Origin: a virus
Lineage: Duplodnaviria > Caudoviricetes
Length of the DNA: 29,090 nucleotides
Strand: one strand, 5' to 3'
IMG/VR virus record: IMGVR_UViG_3300020044_006004
Span: 1-29,090 of that record
Under the pieces are notes generated by a model. It was not told the origin of the DNA. It did no database searches and saw only the letters and a list, made by a program, of their open reading frames with translations. A program made the position numbers and the translations under genes. Below, one piece after another: positions 1-8,162 of the stretch (within the stretch, counting starts at the first letter, position 1; the number at the start of each line of letters is the position of its first letter).

Positions 1-93
1 TGGGCGACTTATGTGAGTTGGAAAAAACGTACCTGTGTAGATTGTGGATTGGAAAAACCACTTTATGAACTTGAAATTCAACACCAACGATGA
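1..93 (+). CDS. 3' end of a small hypothetical protein with a CxxC motif (truncated by window edge)
   Basis: Frame 1 is open from base 1: WATYVSWKKRTCVDCGLEKPLYELEIQHQR-stop (TGA 91-93). Confidence 0.5.
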   Translation, partial: WATYVSWKKRTCVDCGLEKPLYELEIQHQR

Positions 94-101
94 GGTAAGG
101 A

Positions 102-233
102 ATGGATATGCAACTACTAGCAGGAGTGATTGCGCTTGCAATTTTTGTGATAGGTGTTACCGGCTGCATAGTTAAGTATGCACTGAAGGTTTTTGATGAC
201 ATATGGAAAGATGATGACAGTGGGTATTTCTAA
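102..233 (+). CDS. 43-aa single-pass membrane protein (not in ORF track)
   Basis: GAGGTAAGG RBS then ATG 102; MDMQLLAGVIALAIFVIGVTGCIVKYALKVFDDIWKDDDSGYF, hydrophobic stretch followed by acidic tail. Confidence 0.6.
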   Translation: MDMQLLAGVIALAIFVIGVTGCIVKYALKVFDDIWKDDDSGYF

Positions 234-234
234 G

Positions 235-266
235 GTGCGGAAGATATGGCACAAGCCTAGTATGGT
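235..266 (+). promoter_or_regulatory. Putative phage late promoter, copy 1 (upstream of terS)
   Basis: GTGCGGAAGAT-N15-TATGGT, intergenic, 30 nt before the terS ATG; same spacing as three other copies. Confidence 0.7.
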
Positions 267-296
267 TGAATCAACTCTAAAATAGAATGAGATAGA

Positions 297-554
297 ATGG
301 CATTTAAAGAAGGTGTTGCAAAAACTGGAGGAAGAAAGAAAGGGGTGACTAATGTGGTCACTAAAGAACTTAAAGACATGATCTTGGGTGCTTTAGATGA
401 TGCCGGTGGTCAAACTTATCTTGCGCAACAAGCAATCGATAATCCGGGGGCGTTCATGTCACTTGTAGGCAAGGTCTTGCCTAAGGACATGAATCTAAAA
501 GGATCGGTATATTTAAGTGTGATTACTGGTGTTCCTAATGCTGATTCAGAGTAG
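297..554 (+). CDS. terS: Terminase small subunit
   Basis: KTGGRKKGxxN N-terminal motif, 'YL..QA..NP.AFMSLVGKVLP' and C-terminal 'ITGVP'; located upstream of terL. Confidence 0.75.
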   Translation: MAFKEGVAKTGGRKKGVTNVVTKELKDMILGALDDAGGQTYLAQQAIDNPGAFMSLVGKVLPKDMNLKGSVYLSVITGVPNADSE

Positions 555-1104
555 AGAATGCAGAAAGTGTAAATTAAATAAAGATATTAATTGTTATGAG
601 GTGACAAAAAAACCAAGTGGACTTTTAGGCTTTAGGGCAACGTGCAAAGAATGTCGAAAAGAATACAGAGCAGTAAGCTCGAAAATATATCGAACTGAAA
701 ATAAAGAGCAGTTGAAAGCTTCACAAGCAATATGGAGAGATAACAATAGAGAACAGTATCGCCAGATTCATAGGAATTGGAGAGATAAAAATAGAGATGT
801 TGTTAGTAGTATTGGAAAAAGATTTAGTGCAAAGCACACAGCAAAACTTGTGGCTAAAGCTAGGAAGAGAGAAGCGGATCAGTTAAATGCTACACCTTCT
901 TGGGCAAACCAAGCTGAAATAAACAAGATTTATGCTGAAGCGGTAAGACTTAGGAAGTCTGGAATTAATGTACATGTCGATCACATAGTTCCATTAAAAG
1001 GAATTAATGTGCGTGGATTTCATGTTCATAATAATTTAAGAATAATATCAGCAGCAGAGAATCTATCAAAACGTAATAAACTTGATGAGTCTAGTTATGC
1101 TTAA
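538..1104 (+). CDS. HNH endonuclease (free-standing, homing-type)
   Basis: N-terminal CRKC...CKEC zinc knuckles, 'ATPSWA' linker, HVDHIVPL-x-G-x-H-x-N-L-x-ENLSK HNH motif; AT-rich; ATG 538 overlaps terS end. Confidence 0.9.
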   Translation: MLIQSRECRKCKLNKDINCYEVTKKPSGLLGFRATCKECRKEYRAVSSKIYRTENKEQLKASQAIWRDNNREQYRQIHRNWRDKNRDVVSSIGKRFSAKHTAKLVAKARKREADQLNATPSWANQAEINKIYAEAVRLRKSGINVHVDHIVPLKGINVRGFHVHNNLRIISAAENLSKRNKLDESSYA

Positions 1105-2422
1105 TCAAGTAGTTGATTTAGGATATTACCCTCGCGATTGGCAGAGAGAATGCCATAAAAGAATGAAGCGCTTTACTGTTTTAGCTCTTCATAGACGAGC
1201 TGGCAAAACGGAGCTTGCATTATCACAGCTAATAAATAGCGCCATAAAGTGCGATAAAGAAGCTGGCCAATATTTCTATGTTGCTCCATTTCTTAGGCAA
1301 GCTAAAGCTATCGCATGGAAGCGGTTAAAACAAAAAGTATCTCCGCTAGTCACGCATGGTGCTGTCGAAATAAATGAAGCTGAATTATATATTGAGTTTA
1401 AGTCTAATGGCGCTGTCATTAGAATATATGGTGGCGATAATCCTGATGCGATGAGAGGGGTAAGACTTGATGGCGTAGTAATGGATGAAGTTGCTCAGAT
1501 AAAACCAGAGGTTTGGCAGGACATAATTCAGCCTGCACTATCTGATCGACTTGGCTACGCTCTCTTTATTGGCACCCCAAGTGGCCTTAACTTATTCTCA
1601 GAACTGTATTTTAGAGCCGAGCGCTTTGATGATTGGTACAGTGCTAAATATACCGTTTACGATACGCATTCATTGAATGAGGAAGAAGTTGCCAGGCTAA
1701 AGCGAGATATGGCTGAGACTTCATTTGCAAGAGAGTATCTATGCGACTTTACTGCTGCCGGTGATAATCAGCTCATGTCGTTATCGGATGTGGAAGCAGG
1801 CGCAACAAGAATAGTGCCTGATGCGGATATTATCTTTGCGCCTAAGATACTCGGTGTGGACCCTGCCCGTTTTGGTGATGATAGATCAGTCATCTTTATG
1901 CGCCAAGGACTCACAACACACAAACCTATCATACTACGTGGTATTGATAACATGGCACTAGCGCAACGAGTCGCCTCTGAGATGATGGAGCATAAGCCTG
2001 ATGCGGTGTTCATTGATGCTGGTGCGGGGTCTGGTGTTATTGATAGGCTCAGACAATTAGGCCATGAAGTCACTGAGGTTGCTTTTGCCGGCAAGCCTAC
2101 CGACAGTCGATATCTGAATAAACGTGCTGAAATATGGTGCGAAATGCGTGATTGGCTCACTTTGGGTGGCTGCATACCCAATGATTCAGGGCTTAAGCAA
2201 GATTTAGCAACACCCACTTATATGTATAACTCATCGGGCAAGATACAGCTCGAATCGAAGGATGACATTAAGAAACGTGGTATGCCGTCACCTGATATTG
2301 GTGATGCGCTGGCCTTGACCTTCTCATTCCCAGTTATACCCAAATCATCGTCCTTTCATCCTATTAATAGACCGCGTTCAGATGCTATGCGTGGTCATGA
2401 CCCTTTTGCGAGTAGAACATGA
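1097..2422 (+). CDS. terL: Terminase large subunit
   Basis: Walker A HRRAGKT, Walker B VVMDE, FIGTP coupling motif, nuclease GVDPARFGDD and SPDIGDALALTF; probable start ATG 1097. Confidence 0.97.
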   Translation: MLNQVVDLGYYPRDWQRECHKRMKRFTVLALHRRAGKTELALSQLINSAIKCDKEAGQYFYVAPFLRQAKAIAWKRLKQKVSPLVTHGAVEINEAELYIEFKSNGAVIRIYGGDNPDAMRGVRLDGVVMDEVAQIKPEVWQDIIQPALSDRLGYALFIGTPSGLNLFSELYFRAERFDDWYSAKYTVYDTHSLNEEEVARLKRDMAETSFAREYLCDFTAAGDNQLMSLSDVEAGATRIVPDADIIFAPKILGVDPARFGDDRSVIFMRQGLTTHKPIILRGIDNMALAQRVASEMMEHKPDAVFIDAGAGSGVIDRLRQLGHEVTEVAFAGKPTDSRYLNKRAEIWCEMRDWLTLGGCIPNDSGLKQDLATPTYMYNSSGKIQLESKDDIKKRGMPSPDIGDALALTFSFPVIPKSSSFHPINRPRSDAMRGHDPFASRT

Positions 2423-2781
2423 TTAAATGGCTTAGAGCTTCACACTGTGCAGTGCCACAGTCTTACCCGTGTTTAATGATGCTTGAGTCTGGTGACTCAG
2501 TCATTGGCATTTATAAAGCAGAAATGAAAGTGATTGCTTGGACGGTGGTTAATCTACCAGAATGGATGATGCTAAAGACGGGAGCAGGAACAGGTAAAGC
2601 CTGTGGTGAGAATCATCCTAAGACGACTCTATCTGATGATGACTGCACAACTATTCGAGTGGCTTATGATACCGGTTCATTCTCATATCAAATGTTGGCC
2701 GATAAGTTCGACTGCTCAAAGTCAACGATCAGAGACATCATCAAAGAGCGTACCCGCTTCAGTGATCGTTTGCGCAGATAA
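2419..2781 (+). CDS. Helix-turn-helix DNA-binding protein (candidate late regulator)
   Basis: GENHPKTTLS followed by SYQMLADKFDCSKSTIRDII HTH; ATGA overlap with terL stop. Confidence 0.7.
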   Translation: MIKWLRASHCAVPQSYPCLMMLESGDSVIGIYKAEMKVIAWTVVNLPEWMMLKTGAGTGKACGENHPKTTLSDDDCTTIRVAYDTGSFSYQMLADKFDCSKSTIRDIIKERTRFSDRLRR

Positions 2782-2784
2782 GCC

Positions 2785-2816
2785 GTGCGGATGATAGCTG
2801 ATTGAGACATTAGAAT
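2785..2816 (+). promoter_or_regulatory. Putative phage late promoter, copy 2 (upstream of portal block)
   Basis: GTGCGGATGAT-N15-TAGAAT in the intergenic gap after the HTH gene. Confidence 0.75.
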
Positions 2817-2844
2817 CTCATTAACTTTAAAAGTGAGATTGATT

Positions 2845-3060
2845 ATGTGTTCATCACCGCCAAAAATACCACCACCACCACCACCTCCACCACCACCTCA
2901 ACTTGCTCATGCGCCTGATGTTAAGGCTGTGGTAGCAGATGTTGGCTCGCAGAATGTAGCACAAGGCGGGGGCGGTGTTACAACGACTCTTTTAACTGGT
3001 GGTCAGGGCGATCCTATTGCTGCCGGTACTTTGTCAAAGAAAACCCTGCTAGGCGCTTAG
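2845..3060 (+). CDS. Small proline-rich virion-associated protein preceding portal
   Basis: MC start, 10-Pro run, TLLTG and C-terminal KTLLG typical of pre-portal proteins in this phage group; probable start ATG 2845. Confidence 0.7.
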   Translation: MCSSPPKIPPPPPPPPPPQLAHAPDVKAVVADVGSQNVAQGGGGVTTTLLTGGQGDPIAAGTLSKKTLLGA

Positions 3061-3061
3061 G

Positions 3062-4726
3062 GTGTCGGAAGAACTCAAGCTACTTAATAAAAGATGGTCT
3101 GCTCTCAAGATAGAGCGGTCCACTTGGCTACAGCATTGGTCTGATGTCAGTCGTAACTTACTGCCGGTCAATGGGCGCTATTTCATCTCAGATCGTAATA
3201 AGGGCTTTAAACGTCACAATGTTATTTATGACTCTACCGGTACGAAAGCACTCAGAGTCTTAGCCGCTGGCATGATGTCCGGCATGACCAGTCCATCACG
3301 GCCTTGGTTCAGACTATCAGTCACCGATCAAGAGTTGATGCAGTATCAGCCGGTAAAAGTGTGGCTTAATGAAGTCGGTGATTTAGTCAGTGATGTCTTA
3401 GCTAAGTCTAATTGTTACCGTGTCTTACACTCGATGTATGAAGAACTCGGTGCCTTTGGTACAGCCTCAGCGTTAATTGCAGAAGATTTTAATAACGTAA
3501 TTCATTTGCATCCGTTTACGATTGGTGAGTATGCCATCACAACAGACTGGAAGGGTGAAGTTAATACGCTATACCGTGAGTTTGATAAGACAGTCGCTGA
3601 AATCGTCGGTGAGTTTGGTTTAGAAAATTGTAGTAGTGTGGTGAAGTCTGCTTATCAACGCGGAAATCTGGATACTTGGATCACCTTAATTCATGCTATG
3701 GAACCCAGAGCAGATCGAGATCAATCTAAGAAAGATAATCTGAATATGCCTTGGAAGTCGGTGTATTTTGAGCGCAATGCCGGTGACAAGAAAGTATTGC
3801 GTGAATCAGGCTACCAATCCTTCCCTTGTGTTGCTCCTCGCTGGACAACAGTAGGGGGTGACATCTACGGTGTTTCACCGGGCATGGAAGCATTAGGCGA
3901 CATTAAACAGTTACAAGCACAACAATTCCGCAAATCTCAAGCCATCGATTATCAAGCCAATCCTCCTATTCAAGTGCCATCGAGCATGAAGAACAGAGAG
4001 ATTGAGTTATTCCCTGGCGGCATCTCCTATTACGACGCATCATCGGGTACACAAGGCGTTAAGACAGCCTTTGAAGTCAATCTGAATCTTCAGACCCTGC
4101 TCATGGATATTCAAGATGTGCGTACCCGAATTAATGGGGCGTTCTTCTCTGACATCTTTATGGCTATTAGTCAGCAAGATGGTCGCATGACAGCAACCGA
4201 AGTGGCTGCACGTAATGAAGAGAAGATGTTAATGCTCGGACCAGTGGTTGAGCGCCTTAATAATGAATTACTTGATCCACTAATCGAAACAGTCTTTGAG
4301 CGTCTATTGACTGCCAACATGTTACCGCCACCGCCAGAGGAACTGCAAGGTCATGATCTTAATATTGAATATGTCTCCATGCTGGCACAAGCTCAAAAGG
4401 CTGTTGCCGTCAACGGTATTGATCGCTTTGTCTCATCAATGGGTCAGATTGCAACTTTGCGGCCTGATGTATTGGATAAGTTTGATCCCGACCACTGGGT
4501 CGATGTCTATTCAGACAAACTAGGGATTGATCCAGAACTCATCATCAGTGGTGAGCAAGTCGGCTTAATACGTCAGCAACGGGCAGAGGCGCAAGCGGCA
4601 CAACAAAAACAGGCCATGCTCATGCAGGCTAGTGAAGCAGTAAAGAATCTTGGACAAACTTCAACTCAACCAGGCACAGCATCAGGTGATGTAATGGCCG
4701 CAATGAAAGGACAACAAAATGCCTAG
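3062..4726 (+). CDS. Portal (head-to-tail connector) protein, T7/BPP-1 type
   Basis: LAAGMMSGMTSPSRPWFRL, PRW..YG.SPGMEALGD, MTATEV..RNEEKMLMLGPV motifs; 554 aa. Confidence 0.96.
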   Translation: MSEELKLLNKRWSALKIERSTWLQHWSDVSRNLLPVNGRYFISDRNKGFKRHNVIYDSTGTKALRVLAAGMMSGMTSPSRPWFRLSVTDQELMQYQPVKVWLNEVGDLVSDVLAKSNCYRVLHSMYEELGAFGTASALIAEDFNNVIHLHPFTIGEYAITTDWKGEVNTLYREFDKTVAEIVGEFGLENCSSVVKSAYQRGNLDTWITLIHAMEPRADRDQSKKDNLNMPWKSVYFERNAGDKKVLRESGYQSFPCVAPRWTTVGGDIYGVSPGMEALGDIKQLQAQQFRKSQAIDYQANPPIQVPSSMKNREIELFPGGISYYDASSGTQGVKTAFEVNLNLQTLLMDIQDVRTRINGAFFSDIFMAISQQDGRMTATEVAARNEEKMLMLGPVVERLNNELLDPLIETVFERLLTANMLPPPPEELQGHDLNIEYVSMLAQAQKAVAVNGIDRFVSSMGQIATLRPDVLDKFDPDHWVDVYSDKLGIDPELIISGEQVGLIRQQRAEAQAAQQKQAMLMQASEAVKNLGQTSTQPGTASGDVMAAMKGQQNA

Positions 4727-5012
4727 ACAACTATTTGCCACTACCGGTTATACGGTTGGCGCTAAAGAAACAACTGAACTTGAAGGTGTGCCGGTAACAG
4801 CTGCTGATGCAACAGCGCTACCCAGTGGACCTTGCACTGGTATTGCAGTAACAGGCTCAGGTAACGTTGCTGGCACCTTAGCATCAGGTGGTACGTTTGT
4901 ATTGACCGGCTTAAGTGCAAATCAGATCGTCAAGATTAATGCCTCGATTATCGCAGCGACTTCAACCACAGCAACCGGTATCTTTGCTCTGTATCCTGCG
5001 GGTAACTTGTAA
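4719..5012 (+). CDS. Head spike base-like protein, paralog 1
   Basis: VT.AD...LP...G.GNV...ATSTTATGIFALY; aligns by eye with the next ORF. Confidence 0.55.
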   Translation: MPRQLFATTGYTVGAKETTELEGVPVTAADATALPSGPCTGIAVTGSGNVAGTLASGGTFVLTGLSANQIVKINASIIAATSTTATGIFALYPAGNL

Positions 5013-5290
5013 TGGCTCAATATCCTAATACGCTGGCGTCATCCAATGACATGTACACCAGTTATTCGGATGCTTATGCGGTCACTCCGAATGACTCAGC
5101 TGATCTTCCCAATGGTGTATCCAGAGCGCTACTGATATCAGGAGCAGGCACAGTGACTTTGCAAATGGCATCGGGTAATCAGATCGTTATTACAGCAACA
5201 GCAAACTCAATCGGTTTTGTTTTGAATCTACGGGTTAAACGAGTTTTAGCAACCGGTACGACTGCAACACTTATTAACGCATTGTATTAA
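5012..5290 (+). CDS. Head spike base-like protein (RcGTA Rcc01079-like), paralog 2
   Basis: AVTPND.ADL...RALLI.G.G...VKRVLATGTTAT.I.AL pattern. Confidence 0.7.
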   Translation: MAQYPNTLASSNDMYTSYSDAYAVTPNDSADLPNGVSRALLISGAGTVTLQMASGNQIVITATANSIGFVLNLRVKRVLATGTTATLINALY

Positions 5291-5298
5291 GGATAGCT

Positions 5299-5625
5299 AT
5301 GAAACTGGTCAGCATGAAGAAAGACAGTGACGACATGGGTGAGGCTGCTTACTGTATGCCGGCTAAATATGGCTATGGCTTGACTCTGCATTTAGATGAA
5401 GATCAATGCGAGTTATTAGGCATTACAAAAGCCTTAAAAGCTGGCACTCAGGTGACGTTACAAGCAATGGCAGTGGTTACCTCAGCTACAGAAGCCTTAG
5501 AGCGTGATGGCGATGATAAGGGGACTGATGTCAGTGTCTGCTTACAGATTACCGATATGGGTTTGACGACCGGTGGCAAGTTAAAGAACGCAGCAGAACT
5601 GCTCTATGGTGCGGATGATAAGTAA
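5299..5625 (+). CDS. Capsid staple-like minor head protein
   Basis: MKLVSMK...YGYGL.L.LD....LGI...LQITDM pattern; AAGGA RBS; lies in head module. Confidence 0.6.
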   Translation: MKLVSMKKDSDDMGEAAYCMPAKYGYGLTLHLDEDQCELLGITKALKAGTQVTLQAMAVVTSATEALERDGDDKGTDVSVCLQITDMGLTTGGKLKNAAELLYGADDK

Positions 5626-5640
5626 CTGGAAAGGTAACCT
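5609..5640 (+). promoter_or_regulatory. Putative phage late promoter, copy 3 (upstream of scaffold/capsid)
   Basis: GTGCGGATGAT-N15-TAACCT overlapping the end of the staple-like gene. Confidence 0.65.
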
Positions 5641-5937
5641 ATGGATGACTTAAGAGCGCAGCGTGAACAACTCCGCAAGATTCAAGCGGCAGCAGAAGCG
5701 CAGGACTTTCAAGCCATTGCCATCCTACCAGAAGGTAGGCGTTTACTCAGGCGATTAATGAGTGAATGTGGTGTCTATCAAACCAGCTTTACCGGTGAGG
5801 CTTTATCAGCTGCACATAAAGAAGGTAAGCGAGTGATAGGTTTATGGGTGCTGGAGCAGTTCAATAGCTGTCCAGATTTATACATACAACTATTAACGGA
5901 ACAAACAGATGACCGAAGAAATAGCATCGACGACTGA
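5641..5937 (+). CDS. Bbp19-like conserved phage protein
   Basis: PEGRRLL..L...GVY.TSF...A..EGKR.IGL motif; position between portal and scaffold. Confidence 0.75.
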   Translation: MDDLRAQREQLRKIQAAAEAQDFQAIAILPEGRRLLRRLMSECGVYQTSFTGEALSAAHKEGKRVIGLWVLEQFNSCPDLYIQLLTEQTDDRRNSIDD

Positions 5938-6469
5938 AGAAGTTGCAACGGATGCCGTCATTGAAGCAACAGACTCTACGCTGTTATCACAAGAGGCAGA
6001 AACGCCTGCTGAGATAGCAGATTATGAAGATTTCACTTATCCGGAAGGTACGGTGGTTGATGAAAGTGTCCAAGCCGCATTTAAAAGTGCAGCAAAGGAA
6101 GCAGGCCTCACCCAAGCGCAAGCGCAGCACCTAACGAATATGGGGAGCTTGATGCGAAACAAAGTAATGGCAGATCATCAAGCAGCACAAGCCCAGATGC
6201 ACGCAGACTGGGAAGCACAATCACGTTCTGATAAAGAGTTTGGTGGTGCAAAAATGGACGAGAATCTGGCTATCGCAAGCAAAGCGATTAACGCTTTTGC
6301 AACGCCTGAACTGAAAGCTCTACTCGACCAGACGGGTATCGGTAACCATCCCGAAATGATCCGAGCGTTCTATCGAGCAGGCAAAGCAATGTCAGAAGAT
6401 AACTTAGTACCTGGGGGAAAAGGCCCAGCCGCTACTTCATCTCTGGCTGATCGACTTTATCCACAATAG
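5909..6469 (+). CDS. Capsid assembly scaffolding protein
   Basis: Acidic N-terminus, GLTQAQAQ, DKEFGG, GNHPEMIRAFYRAGKAMSED, C-terminal LADRLYP; directly before capsid gene. Confidence 0.85.
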   Translation: MTEEIASTTEEVATDAVIEATDSTLLSQEAETPAEIADYEDFTYPEGTVVDESVQAAFKSAAKEAGLTQAQAQHLTNMGSLMRNKVMADHQAAQAQMHADWEAQSRSDKEFGGAKMDENLAIASKAINAFATPELKALLDQTGIGNHPEMIRAFYRAGKAMSEDNLVPGGKGPAATSSLADRLYPQ

Positions 6470-6478
6470 GAAATTTAA

Positions 6479-7483
6479 ATGGCAACTTTAGCAACTGGCG
6501 CATTAACACTGGCCGATTGGGCTAAACGGCTTGACCCGGACGGCAAAGTGCCGGCAGTGGCTGAGCTTCTATCTCAATCGAATGAAATTTTAGAAGATGC
6601 GGTATTCCAAGAAGGTAACTTACCGACTGGTCACCGTGTCATCATCCGTACTGGTTTACCGACTGCTTACTGGCGTTCGATCAACCAAGGTATTCCAACA
6701 AGCAAATCAACCACTGCGCAAGTAGATGAGTCGATTGGTATGCTGGAAGCCTACGCTAAGATCGATAAAGACTTAGCGCTATTAAACGGCAACACCAATG
6801 CTTTTAGAATGTCTGAAGATTCAGCGTTCTTGGAAGCGATGAACGAAGCACAAGCGCAGACTTTATTGTACGGTAACCCTGCAACTGATCCACGTCAGTA
6901 TTTAGGCTTAGCTCCACGCTATGGCACTATCTCTGGTGCGGGTAATGCACAAAACGTATTGGATGCGGGTGGTACTTCAACTAACAATACCTCTATCTAC
7001 TTAGTGGTTTGGGGCGATAACACCGTTTTCTGTACTTTCCCTAAAGGCTCTAAAGCTGGTTTGGCTCATGATGACCAAGGTGAATTGGTTGTTTATGATG
7101 CAAACTCTAACCCTTACCAAGCTTTCCAAACGCATTACCAATGGAAAAATGGCCTAGTTGTTAAAGATTGGCGCTATGTTGTTCGTATTTGTAACATTAA
7201 CACCGCTAACTTGGTTGCTGAATCAGCAGCTGCTGACATTATCAAATTGATGTCTCGCGCTTTGGATCGTATTCCTAACTTGTCAATGGGTAGACCATCG
7301 TTCTATATGAACAGAACCGTTTACTCGATGTTGAGAATCCAAGCATTGAACAAATCACAAAACGTCTTAGACATTAACTCAGGTCTAAATCAATTTGGTA
7401 CACCTAGCTCTTGGAACACTTTTGAAGGTGTGCCTTTACGCAGGGTAGACCAGCTCTTAAACACAGAAGCAAGGGTGGTCTAG
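6479..7483 (+). CDS. Major capsid protein (BPP-1 Bbp17-like)
   Basis: LTLADWAKRLDPDGK, ELLSQSNEILED, RTGLP, DWRYVVRICNI, C-terminal LLNTEARVV; AGGA RBS. Confidence 0.95.
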   Translation: MATLATGALTLADWAKRLDPDGKVPAVAELLSQSNEILEDAVFQEGNLPTGHRVIIRTGLPTAYWRSINQGIPTSKSTTAQVDESIGMLEAYAKIDKDLALLNGNTNAFRMSEDSAFLEAMNEAQAQTLLYGNPATDPRQYLGLAPRYGTISGAGNAQNVLDAGGTSTNNTSIYLVVWGDNTVFCTFPKGSKAGLAHDDQGELVVYDANSNPYQAFQTHYQWKNGLVVKDWRYVVRICNINTANLVAESAAADIIKLMSRALDRIPNLSMGRPSFYMNRTVYSMLRIQALNKSQNVLDINSGLNQFGTPSSWNTFEGVPLRRVDQLLNTEARVV

Positions 7484-7485
7484 TC

Positions 7486-7959
7486 ATGGCTTATGTAGAC
7501 AACAACTTAGTATTATCTGGTTCGATCTCATCGACCGGTACAGTAGCAGGACAAACTGTATTTAGTGCCGGTACTTCGGTGCTGAGTACAAACACAGTGG
7601 ACCTTGGTATTGCCCGTGATATTGGTGAAGGCGCTGATCTTTTTGGACGCTTTGAATATACAGTAGCGGCTGTTGGCGGTACATCAATCGAGATGCAAGT
7701 GATCTCGGCAACTGATGCAGCTTTAACAACTTCAGTGACTGTTTTAGGCACAACAGGTCCTATCGCAGTGGCTTCTTTAACACTAGGCGCACGTTTTGTA
7801 TGTGACGTGAACCCTGTTATTGGTTCTAAAGGTCAGCGTTATTTGGGCTTGCGTTACATCTCTGTGGGTACAACTACTGCTGGATCGGTTTTTGGTGACT
7901 TAGGTGCTGAAATCCAAGACGGTCAAAAGTTCTATCCAAGTGGTTTTGCACTTTTATAA
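7486..7959 (+). CDS. Capsid cement/decoration protein (Bbp16-like)
   Basis: STNTVDLG..RDIGEG, RYLGLRY motifs; beta-rich; directly after capsid gene. Confidence 0.85.
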   Translation: MAYVDNNLVLSGSISSTGTVAGQTVFSAGTSVLSTNTVDLGIARDIGEGADLFGRFEYTVAAVGGTSIEMQVISATDAALTTSVTVLGTTGPIAVASLTLGARFVCDVNPVIGSKGQRYLGLRYISVGTTTAGSVFGDLGAEIQDGQKFYPSGFALL

Positions 7960-7968
7960 GGATTATTT

Positions 7969-8112
7969 ATGGCTCAGTACAAAGTATTACAAAAGTCTTT
8001 TATCAATGATGCACTGGTTCAAGAGGGCGATATTGTTACGCTTGAAGATAGTGTGGAAGTGAGCGAAAACTTGGAATTAATACCAGAAGTTAAAGAAGTA
8101 AAAAGTAAGTAA
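7969..8112 (+). CDS. 47-aa hypothetical protein (not in ORF track)
   Basis: AAGGA RBS, ATG 7969; MAQYKVLQKSFINDALVQEGDIVTLEDSVEVSENLELIPEVKEVKSK; fills the gap after cement gene. Confidence 0.75.
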   Translation: MAQYKVLQKSFINDALVQEGDIVTLEDSVEVSENLELIPEVKEVKSK

Positions 8113-8119
8113 ATAAGAT

Positions 8120-8143
8120 ACTCCCCATCTTGCGATGGGGAGT
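8120..8143 (+). terminator. Perfect 10-bp hairpin after head genes (terminator, stabiliser or translation-control stem)
   Basis: ACTCCCCATC-TTGC-GATGGGGAGT; no U-tract follows on the + strand, so terminator function is uncertain. Confidence 0.45.
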
Positions 8144-8162
8144 CACTCCCATGAGGTCAATC

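Noticed and set aside
1821-1852. ATGCGGATATT near-match inside terL
   Set aside because: Three mismatches and no -10 hexamer at the conserved spacing
6620-6651. Minus-strand near-match GTACGGATGAT to the promoter motif
   Set aside because: One mismatch, antisense within the capsid gene, and the hexamer at the expected spacing is CGGTAA, not TAnnnT
7460-7490. T7-style programmed frameshift fusing capsid and cement
   Set aside because: No clear slippery heptamer before the TAG, and cement has its own ATG
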